A stretch of DNA of 36,056 nt from a bacterium (GTDB lineage: Bacteria; Patescibacteriota; Minisyncoccia; Moranbacterales; UBA2206): the NCBI GenBank assembly GCA_021779205.1, contig JAJYBE010000002.1, positions 1 to 36,056 of the forward strand, given 5' to 3'. Position numbers and translations under genes: made by a program. Below, piece by piece: positions 25,198 to 33,166 of this stretch; position 1 is the first letter of the stretch, and every line of letters begins with the position of its first letter. The notes under the pieces are model-generated. The model was given only the letters and a program-made list of their open reading frames with translations, did not search any database and had not been told where the DNA came from.

Positions 25198-26365
25198 ATA
25201 TAATTATGCTAAAGGTGGCGCGGATCGGCATTTTCTGGATGTTGTTTCGTTGCTTGAATCGGCCGGACACAATGTGGCGATTTTTTCGATGGAAAGTTCA
25301 AAGAATATTTTTTCGCCTTGGCAAAAATATTTTGTCAGCTATGTCGGATATAATAAAAATGATTCAACACTTTGGCAAAAAATCAAAGGCATATTCAGAA
25401 TGTTTTATTCTTTCGAAGCGAAAAATAAAATAAAAAAAATATTAGCGGATTTTCAACCGGAAGTCGCGCATTTTCATAATATTTATCATCAACTTTCTTT
25501 TTCAATTATTGGAGAAATAAAAAAGAAAAAAATTCCCTTGATAATGACGGTCCATGATTATGCGCTTATTTCTCCTGATCGTGAAGAATATCTTGAGGCG
25601 GTTGGCGAAAAATATTGGAAATTTATTTTTTTGAGTAAAAAATATACCGTATTCAAAAGAATGGTTTTGGTTTCAAAAAGTTACTTCGAAGATTTTATTG
25701 ACTGGAAAAGCGCGGTGGATGTATTTATTTCTCCCAGTCGATTTATGGCGGAAAAATTAATAAAAGCGGGAATTGCAAAAGATAAAATTGTTGTTGTTCC
25801 GCATTTTATTTTAAATATTACTTCTGATAACCGCTTGGAAAAAGAAGAAATTGACAATACTTCGGAACGGTACGCTTTTTATTTTGGCAGAATTTCTAAA
25901 GAAAAAGGTGTGCCGGAAATGCTGGATATTTTTAGGAAAGTTGGTAGAATAAAATTACTTTTAGCTGGAGAGATAGAGGATGACACTGAAATACCTTCAG
26001 ATGATCGGATAGTTTATTTGGGTTATCTGAATCAAAAACAACTCAAGGTATATATAAATAGAGCTGATTTTTGTGTATCATTTTCTCATTTGTCGGAAAT
26101 TTTCGGGCTTATCGCCTTGGAATCCATAAGTGCGGGAAAACCCTTTTTCGGGCTAAATAGTGGTGCTTTTGCGGAGATAATTGAACAAGGAAAATCCGGT
26201 TTTATTTGTGAAAATGTTTTTGAACTTGAAGCTAAAATCAGAGAGATAATTGAGGGAAAAATCAGTTTTTCCAAAAAAACGATAAAAGAAGGGGCATATG
26301 AAAAGTTTGGTCAAAAAAAATATTTGGAAAAATTAATAAATTTATTTAATTCGTTTATAAAATAA
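25175..26365 (+). CDS. Glycosyltransferase, GT4 (GT-B fold) family
   Basis: MKILEINKYNYAKGGADRHF N-terminus, GRISKEKG, and the E-x7-E region (SEIFGLIALESISAGKPFFG). Overlaps the upstream gene by 23 nt. Confidence 0.85.
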   Translation: MKILEINKYNYAKGGADRHFLDVVSLLESAGHNVAIFSMESSKNIFSPWQKYFVSYVGYNKNDSTLWQKIKGIFRMFYSFEAKNKIKKILADFQPEVAHFHNIYHQLSFSIIGEIKKKKIPLIMTVHDYALISPDREEYLEAVGEKYWKFIFLSKKYTVFKRMVLVSKSYFEDFIDWKSAVDVFISPSRFMAEKLIKAGIAKDKIVVVPHFILNITSDNRLEKEEIDNTSERYAFYFGRISKEKGVPEMLDIFRKVGRIKLLLAGEIEDDTEIPSDDRIVYLGYLNQKQLKVYINRADFCVSFSHLSEIFGLIALESISAGKPFFGLNSGAFAEIIEQGKSGFICENVFELEAKIREIIEGKISFSKKTIKEGAYEKFGQKKYLEKLINLFNSFIK

Positions 26366-26369
26366 AAAT

Positions 26370-27422
26370 ATGCAGAGTAAAAAAAATATTATTTTAAGTA
26401 TAATCTTGAGTTGCTTATATTCTCCCGGGAAATTGGCAAATCTGCTTAAGGTTTTTTGTTTTCCCAAAAAAAATAAAGTAAACTTTTCCCCCATTTTCGC
26501 CGATATTGAATCTACAATCTCTTGTAATTTAAATTGTGTGATGTGTCATAGGAAAGAATTGGTCGCGGGAAGAAGCAGCCTTAATTTAACATTGGTTCAA
26601 TTTCGAAAAATTATAGATAAATTGCCTTATGTTCTCAAGCTTAATCTGCAAGGAATGGGCGAGCCACTTCTTTCAAGGGATCTTTTTGAAATGATTAAGT
26701 ATGCCAAAAAGAAACGCATTTATGTTTCAACCGTAACTAACGGGATGCTGATGACTGAAGATCGAGCGCGAAAAACAATAGAATCCGGCTTGGATCGAAT
26801 ATATTTTTCTATTGATTCGGCAGATTCAAAAAATTATGCGAAATATCGAGTGAATGGAAAGCTTGATCAAGTGATTGATAATTTAAAAAAACTCGTTGAA
26901 TTAAAGAATAAAAATAAAAGCAAATTGCATATTGGAGTTTGGATGTTGCTTTTTAATAATAATATTGACCAGCTTATCCCGGTATTGAAATTGGTTAAGG
27001 AGGCAGGAGCCGATGAATTGATTGTTCAGTCGCATATTTCCTATCGAGGAAAAAATAATTGGAAAGAAAAAATAAATAATTTAAAAATTAAAGATAAAAA
27101 TAATGATGTTTTTATAAAATTGGAAGAGGCTAAAAAATTTGCCAAAGAAATAAAATTAAAATTTTCAATTCAAGCCGGTATGGGTGTTTTGAAACCTGAT
27201 GCGAAAAGTCTTTGTCAATGGCCATGGAAATCGATCTATATTGCTTCAAACGGAGATGTTTCGTCTTGTTGCATTGTTGCCGATCCCAAGGTTGCATATA
27301 TGGGAAATATCCTTAACCAAGAATTTTCTCAAATATGGAATGGAACAATGTATCAAAATTTAAGAAAATCTTTGCTTGATAAGGAGATTCCCGACTATTG
27401 CAAGGAATGTTATGGAAAATAA
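26370..27422 (+). CDS. Radical SAM / SPASM-domain protein
   Basis: CNLNCVMCH (CxxxCxxC) radical SAM cluster motif. C-terminal Cys-rich SPASM-like region CQWPWKS...GDVSSCCIV...PDYCKECYG. Confidence 0.85.
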   Translation: MQSKKNIILSIILSCLYSPGKLANLLKVFCFPKKNKVNFSPIFADIESTISCNLNCVMCHRKELVAGRSSLNLTLVQFRKIIDKLPYVLKLNLQGMGEPLLSRDLFEMIKYAKKKRIYVSTVTNGMLMTEDRARKTIESGLDRIYFSIDSADSKNYAKYRVNGKLDQVIDNLKKLVELKNKNKSKLHIGVWMLLFNNNIDQLIPVLKLVKEAGADELIVQSHISYRGKNNWKEKINNLKIKDKNNDVFIKLEEAKKFAKEIKLKFSIQAGMGVLKPDAKSLCQWPWKSIYIASNGDVSSCCIVADPKVAYMGNILNQEFSQIWNGTMYQNLRKSLLDKEIPDYCKECYGK

Positions 27423-27458
27423 TACGAAGAATGTTTTTTATTATTTTAGTGCTTATCG

Positions 27459-27487
27459 TTTGACTAAAGCTTTTTTTGTGCTATGCT
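27459..27487 (+). promoter_or_regulatory. Putative promoter with extended -10
   Basis: TTGACT (27459-27464), 17-nt spacer ending in TGc, then TATGCT (27482-27487), about 40 nt upstream of the ATG at 27527. Confidence 0.45.
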
Positions 27488-27526
27488 GAATGGGTATTTT
27501 ATTTAGGGTTTATAAATTAAATAAAT

Positions 27527-27838
27527 ATGCTAAAAAAAAGAAAAAATTTAGATTTGGCGCTAAATTGCTCTGTTTGTTCATCTGTGTTTGATGATCAGCG
27601 AATTATTTTAGTTGGTGAGCGGGAAAATGGTACGATTTTTCATGCGACTTGTCAAAAATGTCTAACTTCGGCTTTGATTTTTCTTTCTCAGACGGAACAA
27701 GGCATGATGAGCATCGGAATGGTAACGGACATGAATGGTGTCGAGGTGCGTGATATATTTGGTAAAAAAGCGATTGATGCCGATGATGTATTGGAAATTT
27801 ATCGTATAACGCATAATAAAAAAACGGTTTTTGGGTAA
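27527..27838 (+). CDS. Hypothetical protein with a CxxC...CxxC zinc-ribbon-like N-terminus
   Basis: 103-aa ORF with CSVC...CQKC pairs. No family recognised. Confidence 0.5.
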   Translation: MLKKRKNLDLALNCSVCSSVFDDQRIILVGERENGTIFHATCQKCLTSALIFLSQTEQGMMSIGMVTDMNGVEVRDIFGKKAIDADDVLEIYRITHNKKTVFG

Positions 27839-27901
27839 TTAATTTTTTAATCCGCTTGAGAGGTTTCATGTAATAATTGAAGCAGGTAGAGCGAAAAAAT
27901 A

Positions 27902-28582
27902 ATGGAAAAAATTTTATTGGAAGCATCCGGAAGGGATGTTTTAGGTAGAAAGACAAATAAGGGTAGGCGAGAAGGATTAATTCCGGCTGTTGTATATGGG
28001 CGGGGAATTGAGTCAAAAAATATTTGGGTTAGTGCATTGGATTTTAAGCGACTGGTTAGAAAGTCCGGAGAAAGCACGATAATCGATCTTAAAATCGACA
28101 AAAAAGACGATCGAAATGTTTTAATTTATGATACGCAAAAAGATCCAATCAGAGACAATTATATTCATATCGATTTTTTTCAAGTGAAAATGGATGAAGA
28201 GATTGAAACTGAAGTCGAATTGGAATATATTGGAGAATCTTTGGCGGTGAAGGCGGCTGGTGGAGTTTTGGTTAAAAGCTTGGATATGATTGAAGTGAAA
28301 TGTTTACCAGCAAACTTGCCTTCAAGTATAGAGGTGGATATTTCAGCTTTAAACACTTTTGAAGATCATATTTGTATTAAAGATTTAAAGATTTCCAAGC
28401 AGGTTAAGGTTATGGCTGATCCGGATACCGTAGTGGCATTGGTTGCTCCTCCGCGGTCGGAAAATGAATTATCGCAATTGGAAGATAAGATTGATGCTGA
28501 TGTTACCAAAGTCGATGGTGTAGTTAAGGCTGTTGAGCCTGAAAATGCTTCCGGCACAAAGGAAGAAAAAAAGAACAAATAG
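27902..28582 (+). CDS. rplY: 50S ribosomal protein L25 / general stress protein Ctc
   Basis: GRKTNKGRREGLIPAVVYG..., two-domain length (226 aa) and an acidic C-terminal tail are typical of Ctc-form L25. Confidence 0.9.
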   Translation: MEKILLEASGRDVLGRKTNKGRREGLIPAVVYGRGIESKNIWVSALDFKRLVRKSGESTIIDLKIDKKDDRNVLIYDTQKDPIRDNYIHIDFFQVKMDEEIETEVELEYIGESLAVKAAGGVLVKSLDMIEVKCLPANLPSSIEVDISALNTFEDHICIKDLKISKQVKVMADPDTVVALVAPPRSENELSQLEDKIDADVTKVDGVVKAVEPENASGTKEEKKNK

Positions 28583-28611
28583 AAGTCGGAATTTTTAGAA
28601 TTTTTCAAAAA

Positions 28612-28639
28612 ACACTTCAAGAAACTGGAGTGTTTTTTT
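28612..28639 (+). terminator. Rho-independent terminator after rplY
   Basis: Stem acacttca / tggagtgt (one G-U pair), loop agaaac, followed by TTTTTT. Confidence 0.65.
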
Positions 28640-28679
28640 GATTGTGGATAACTCTGATTTTTCGCTTAAAATAAGTTGC

Positions 28680-28707
28680 TTGCCAAGTATTTTGCTTGTG
28701 GTATAAT
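28680..28707 (+). promoter_or_regulatory. Promoter of the nrdR-nrdD-nrdG operon
   Basis: TTGCCA (28680-28685), 16-nt spacer ending in TGg, then consensus TATAAT (28702-28707). Confidence 0.65.
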
Positions 28708-28718
28708 CACAATTAGTT

Positions 28719-28734
28719 ACACTATATATAGTAT
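28719..28734 (+). promoter_or_regulatory. NrdR box (operator)
   Basis: ACACTATATATAGTAT matches the published NrdR-box palindrome consensus acaCwAtATaTwGtgt at 15 of 16 positions. It lies just downstream of the -10, 16 nt before the nrdR ATG. Confidence 0.75.
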
Positions 28735-28749
28735 AAAATAATAAATATT

Positions 28750-29199
28750 ATGAATTGTCCTTTTTGCAACAATGCGGAAACGAAAGTCGTTGATTCGCGA
28801 GAAACCAACGAGGGAAAAATTACTCGGCGACGTCGCGAGTGTTTGAAATGTTCTTCTCGGTTTAGCACTTATGAAGAAATCGAACTTTTGCGCCTAAATG
28901 TCATTAAAAAAAATGGAACAAGAGCGGAGTATAATAAATTAAAGATTGAAACAGGAATAAGAAAGGCATTGGAAAAACGACCGATAAATGAAGAAAGAAT
29001 ATCTCAATTTATTGGAGAGATAGAGTATGAGATTCGCACAAAAGAAAAACCAGAGATAACTTCAAGAGAAATTGGAAAGATTATTCTTAAAAAGTTGCGG
29101 CTGTTGGATGAGGTGGCTTATGTGAGATTTGCCAGTGTCTACAAATCTTTCGGTAGCATTGAAAGTTTCAAAAAAGAATTAGATACATTTGATAAATAA
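28750..29199 (+). CDS. nrdR: Transcriptional repressor NrdR
   Basis: MNCPFCN...TKVVDSRE...RRRRECLKCSSRFSTYE zinc ribbon followed by an ATP-cone. Confidence 0.95.
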   Translation: MNCPFCNNAETKVVDSRETNEGKITRRRRECLKCSSRFSTYEEIELLRLNVIKKNGTRAEYNKLKIETGIRKALEKRPINEERISQFIGEIEYEIRTKEKPEITSREIGKIILKKLRLLDEVAYVRFASVYKSFGSIESFKKELDTFDK

Positions 29200-29217
29200 A
29201 TTTTTTAAAAAAACCGT

Positions 29218-31401
29218 ATGAAAATTAAAAAGAAAAACAACAAAAAGAAGCAATCCGAAACATCAAGAGTAAGCGAAGCCAAAATTAAAAAAGTGATCAA
29301 GCGCGATGGAAAAATGGCTAAGTTTGATCAGCGTAAAATAACCAGTGGCATTCTTAAGGCGTTAGTTTCGACAAAAGAAGGCAAAGCGGAAGATGCCAAA
29401 AAAATAACTGAGAAAGTGGTAAGGTTGCTTTCCCAAAAACACAAAGAGGGATATGTTCCGGAGATTGAAGAAATTCAAGATTTAGTGGAAAGAGTTTTGA
29501 TGATTTTGGATTTTGAAGAAACGGCCAAGGCATATATACTTTATCGCGAACAACACAGAAAAAATCGTGAAGCGGAACAATCATTGGATGAAGCGGTTAA
29601 TTTAGTGGATAAATATATTCAAGGAATGGATTGGAAGGTTAAAGAAAATGCCAATATGGCATACTCTCTCCAAGGACTTAATAACTACATATCTTCCATT
29701 GTGAGTGCTAAATATTGGATGAATAGAGTTTATACAAAAGAAATTCGCCAAGCGCATGAAGGCGGTGATTTTCATATTCATGATTTGCAACTTCTGGCGG
29801 CTTATTGTTGCGGTTGGGATTTGCAAGATTTGTTGCGTCGCGGTTTTACGGGAGTGTCGGGAAAGGTGGCGTGTAAGCCAGCTAAACATCTGGGAGCAAT
29901 TCTCGGGCAAATGGTTAATTTTACCTATACGACTCAAGGTGAAGTGGCGGGAGCGCAAGCTTTTTCTAACTTTGACACATTATTGGCGCCATTTATTCGC
30001 TATGATAAATTGAATTATGATCAAGTTAAACAAGAAATTCAATCATATGTTTTCAATATGAATGTTTCTACGCGCGTGGGATTTCAAACGCCATTTTCCA
30101 ATATCACTATGGACATTACTTGTCCGAAAAATTTAGCAAAAGAAGTGGCAATCATTGGTGGAGTTCCGCAAAAAGAAACCTATGGAGAATTTCAAGAAGA
30201 AATGAATATGATTAATCGTGCTTTTGCGGAAGTGATGACAGAGGGCGATGCTAATGGCAGGATTTTTACTTTTCCCATTCCAACCTATAACATCGGCAAG
30301 GATTTTGATTGGAAAGACAAGCGGTTTGATGCGATTTGGGAGATGACGGCAAAATACGGTATTCCATATTTTGCTAATTTTATCAATTCAGATATGGATC
30401 CGGACGATGCTCGTTCAATGTGTTGTCGTTTGCGTTTGGATAATCGCGAACTGCATAAGCGCGGCGGCGGTTTATTCGGGGCTAATCCCTTAACCGGTTC
30501 GATAGGTGTTGTAACAATTAATTTGCCTCGCCTGGGTTATGTGGCGAAAAATAAAAAAGAATTTATTGAAAAACTTAATCGCTTAATGGATTTGGCAAAG
30601 GAAAGTTTGGAAACAAAAAGAATAATGGTGGAAAAATTAACCGAAGGAGGACTATATCCCTATACTAAATTTTATTTAGCGCCGATCAAGTTGCGTCGCG
30701 GACAATATTGGGCGAATCATTTTTCCACAATCGGTTTGATTGGAATGAATGAGGCGTTGCTAAATTTAATTGGAAAAGACATTACTACTTCGGCAGGACA
30801 AAAATTAGCTGAAGAAATTTTGATACATATGCGGGAAAGAATTATCGGATATCAAAAAGAAACTGATAATCTATATAATCTGGAAGCTACACCGGCAGAA
30901 GGCACGGCATATCGCTTGGCGAGAATGGATCAAAAAGATTATCCCGGAATTATTTTTGCCAACAATAAAAATGTGAAAGAAGATGGTGCTGAGCCGTATT
31001 ATACTAATTCCTCGCAACTGCCGGTTAATTTTACCGAAGATATTTTTGAGGCGTTGGATTTGCAGGATAATTTGCAAACAAAATATACCGGAGGAACAGT
31101 ATTGCATGGTTTTTTGGGTGAACGAATCTGGGATATTGAGATGACTAAAAAATTGGTTCGCAAAATTGCCGAAAATTATGCATTGCCTTATTTCACACTT
31201 ACTCCGACTTTCAGTATTTGTCCGGTGCATGGTTATCTTGAGGGAGAGCATCAATTCTGTCCAAAATGCGTGGTAGAGCAAAGAACGGAAATATATTCGC
31301 GCGTAGTGGGTTATATCCGTCCAATAGCTCAATGGAATGATGGAAAGCAAGCGGAATTTTCTGATCGCAAAGAATTTAGAGTGAAAAATAATAGTCGTTA
31401 A
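29218..31401 (+). CDS. nrdD: Anaerobic ribonucleoside-triphosphate reductase (class III)
   Basis: N-terminal ATP-cone (VIKRDGKMAKFDQRKI...). C-terminal metal site CPVH...CPKC. Glycyl-radical motif YSRVVGYIRPIAQWNDGKQAEFSDRKEF. Confidence 0.93.
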   Translation: MKIKKKNNKKKQSETSRVSEAKIKKVIKRDGKMAKFDQRKITSGILKALVSTKEGKAEDAKKITEKVVRLLSQKHKEGYVPEIEEIQDLVERVLMILDFEETAKAYILYREQHRKNREAEQSLDEAVNLVDKYIQGMDWKVKENANMAYSLQGLNNYISSIVSAKYWMNRVYTKEIRQAHEGGDFHIHDLQLLAAYCCGWDLQDLLRRGFTGVSGKVACKPAKHLGAILGQMVNFTYTTQGEVAGAQAFSNFDTLLAPFIRYDKLNYDQVKQEIQSYVFNMNVSTRVGFQTPFSNITMDITCPKNLAKEVAIIGGVPQKETYGEFQEEMNMINRAFAEVMTEGDANGRIFTFPIPTYNIGKDFDWKDKRFDAIWEMTAKYGIPYFANFINSDMDPDDARSMCCRLRLDNRELHKRGGGLFGANPLTGSIGVVTINLPRLGYVAKNKKEFIEKLNRLMDLAKESLETKRIMVEKLTEGGLYPYTKFYLAPIKLRRGQYWANHFSTIGLIGMNEALLNLIGKDITTSAGQKLAEEILIHMRERIIGYQKETDNLYNLEATPAEGTAYRLARMDQKDYPGIIFANNKNVKEDGAEPYYTNSSQLPVNFTEDIFEALDLQDNLQTKYTGGTVLHGFLGERIWDIEMTKKLVRKIAENYALPYFTLTPTFSICPVHGYLEGEHQFCPKCVVEQRTEIYSRVVGYIRPIAQWNDGKQAEFSDRKEFRVKNNSR

Positions 31402-31415
31402 ATTTAAAAGATAGT

Positions 31416-31446
31416 AAGCCATTCCGCTTTCCAAGCGGAATGGCTT
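31416..31446 (+). other. Perfect 12-bp stem-loop between nrdD and nrdG
   Basis: aagccattccgc / gcggaatggctt with a 7-nt loop. It is followed by aattt rather than a long T tract. Confidence 0.7.
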
Positions 31447-31458
31447 AATTTAAATAAT

Positions 31459-32163
31459 ATGCATATTTCTGGTCAACAAAAATTAACATTAATTGATTTT
31501 CCTGGACATTTGGCAACTACAATTTTTACCTCTGGTTGTAATTTTCGTTGCCCTTTCTGCCATAATCCGGAATTGGCTATGGGAAAGATTGAAAAAATAT
31601 CATCATCTGAATCTAAAAGTGAAACGGATTTTTTTAAATTTTTATCGGCACGCAAAGGAAAAATAGACGGTGTTTGCATTACCGGAGGAGAACCGACACT
31701 GCAACCTGGCTTAGTTGATTTTATTAAAAAAATAAAAGCGTGTGAATTTTTTGTAAAACTGGACACTAATGGGACAAGACCCGACGTGCTGAAATGCTTG
31801 TTAGATTTAAAATTATTGGATTTTGTAGCAATGGATATTAAGAATAGTCCGGAAAAATATAGTGAAACAGTTGGTGTGAATGTTGATGTTGAGAAAATAA
31901 AAGCCAGTGTTGAATTGATCAGGAATAGTTTTATTGATTATGAGTTTCGCACGACAGTCGTCCCGGGAATTCACGATTACGTTGATTTTTTAGCGATTGC
32001 AAATTGGCTGTCCGGATCCAAAGCGTATTATTTGCAAGAATACAGAGATGCGGTTATTTTGGATAGTAATTTAAGAAAAAAAACAAAAAATCAAAAAATT
32101 GATTTGGAAAAAATAAAACAAACTATCGAACATCATTTTCAAAAAATGGGAATCAGAAGCTAA
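31459..32163 (+). CDS. nrdG: Anaerobic ribonucleotide reductase activating protein (radical SAM)
   Basis: LTLIDFPGHLATTIFTSGCNFRCPFCHNPEL (CxxxCxxC) and GVCITGGEPTL. Lies immediately downstream of nrdD. Confidence 0.88.
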   Translation: MHISGQQKLTLIDFPGHLATTIFTSGCNFRCPFCHNPELAMGKIEKISSSESKSETDFFKFLSARKGKIDGVCITGGEPTLQPGLVDFIKKIKACEFFVKLDTNGTRPDVLKCLLDLKLLDFVAMDIKNSPEKYSETVGVNVDVEKIKASVELIRNSFIDYEFRTTVVPGIHDYVDFLAIANWLSGSKAYYLQEYRDAVILDSNLRKKTKNQKIDLEKIKQTIEHHFQKMGIRS

Positions 32164-32175
32164 TCTTTTTTTATT

Positions 32176-32397
32176 ATGCGAATTTATCTTAAAGTTATTC
32201 CTCGCGCTTCCGTTAATAGTTTGGAAAAAATTAATGAAGGTGAGTATAAAGCGAAATTGACTGCTCCTCCAGTGGACGGGAAGGCTAATTTGGCTTTGAT
32301 CAAACTTTTGGCGGAATATTTCGGAGTTTCTAAAAGCGCCATAACAATTATCGGTGGAAAAACTGCTAGAATAAAAATAGTTGATGTGGATTTGTAA
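32176..32397 (+). CDS. DUF167 / YggU-family protein
   Basis: KVIPRAS...AKLTAPPVDGKANLALIKLLAEYFGVSKSAITIIGGKTARIK matches the YggU pattern (PvdGkAN..l...La......K....i..G..sr.K). Confidence 0.75.
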   Translation: MRIYLKVIPRASVNSLEKINEGEYKAKLTAPPVDGKANLALIKLLAEYFGVSKSAITIIGGKTARIKIVDVDL

Positions 32398-32445
32398 TTT
32401 TTTCTTGCAAGTGGCGTTATTTAGAAATTAAAGACGACGGGGCAC

Positions 32446-32474
32446 TTGTCAAAAAATAAAAAGAAGATTATACT
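32446..32474 (+). promoter_or_regulatory. Putative promoter of the hydrogenase-like operon
   Basis: TTGTCA (32446-32451), 17-nt spacer, TATACT (32469-32474). This leaves a leader of about 115 nt before the ATG at 32593. Confidence 0.5.
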
Positions 32475-32592
32475 AATGAAGTAACAGAATCTTTAATTTG
32501 ATATAGGTTTTGGTTAGCTCATATTCTCGCAAGAATCGCCCGAATGTGTTTTGGTGCGGTTTGTTGCGTTTTTTGTTTTATTCAGTAAAAAA

Positions 32593-33144
32593 ATGTTCAA
32601 ATTATACTCAAAAATTTTTTCTACGCCAAGAACCGTAATTGATGCGGATGAATTAATTGTCGATAATGACATAGAAATAGTCGGAAAGCGTTTGACAAAA
32701 AAAATAAAAGATATTTTTCAAGGATCATTAGCTATTCGTGAAGTTGATGCGGGATCAACTAACGCTTGCGAGCAAGAATTAACAGCTTTGAGCAATGCTT
32801 ATTATGATGTTGAGAGATTTGGAATTCATTTTGTCGCATCTCCCAGGCATGCCGATATGCTTATGGTTACCGGAGCTGTTTCGCGTAATATGCGGCAAGC
32901 GCTAATAAAAACATATGAAGCAACACCTAATCCAAAAATTGTAGTAGCGGTAGGGGATGATGCGATTGATGGTGGAATATTCAAAGGCTCATACGCGGTT
33001 ATGGATGGTGTGGATAAGGTTATTCCTGTTGATTTTAAGATTCCTGGCGATCCACCTTCTCCAAAAACAATTATCAAGCATCTTCTGAAAATTCTTGATT
33101 TAGTTGAAAAGAAAAATAAAGAAAGAGTAAAAAGCATAGAGTAA
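32593..33144 (+). CDS. NuoB/HycG/EchC-like small subunit of a group-4 hydrogenase-like complex, depleted in cysteine ligands
   Basis: ERFGIHFVASPRHADMLMVTGAVSRNMRQALIKTYEATPNPKIVVAVG...GGIF...VIPVDFKIPGDPPSP is clear NuoB-family sequence. I prefer the ATG at 32593 to the upstream TTG at 32551 in the track. Confidence 0.8.
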   Translation: MFKLYSKIFSTPRTVIDADELIVDNDIEIVGKRLTKKIKDIFQGSLAIREVDAGSTNACEQELTALSNAYYDVERFGIHFVASPRHADMLMVTGAVSRNMRQALIKTYEATPNPKIVVAVGDDAIDGGIFKGSYAVMDGVDKVIPVDFKIPGDPPSPKTIIKHLLKILDLVEKKNKERVKSIE

Positions 33145-33166
33145 GTTTTTTTTGTTTCAATATTAT

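Noticed and set aside
28696-28712. TTGTGGTATAATCACAA palindrome overlapping the nrd -10, considered as a second NrdR box.
   Set aside because: The arm polarity (GTG...CAC) is the reverse of the NrdR consensus (CAC...GTG). The centre-to-centre spacing of about 22.5 bp to the clear box is not the usual tandem arrangement. Much of the apparent symmetry comes from the TATAAT element itself.
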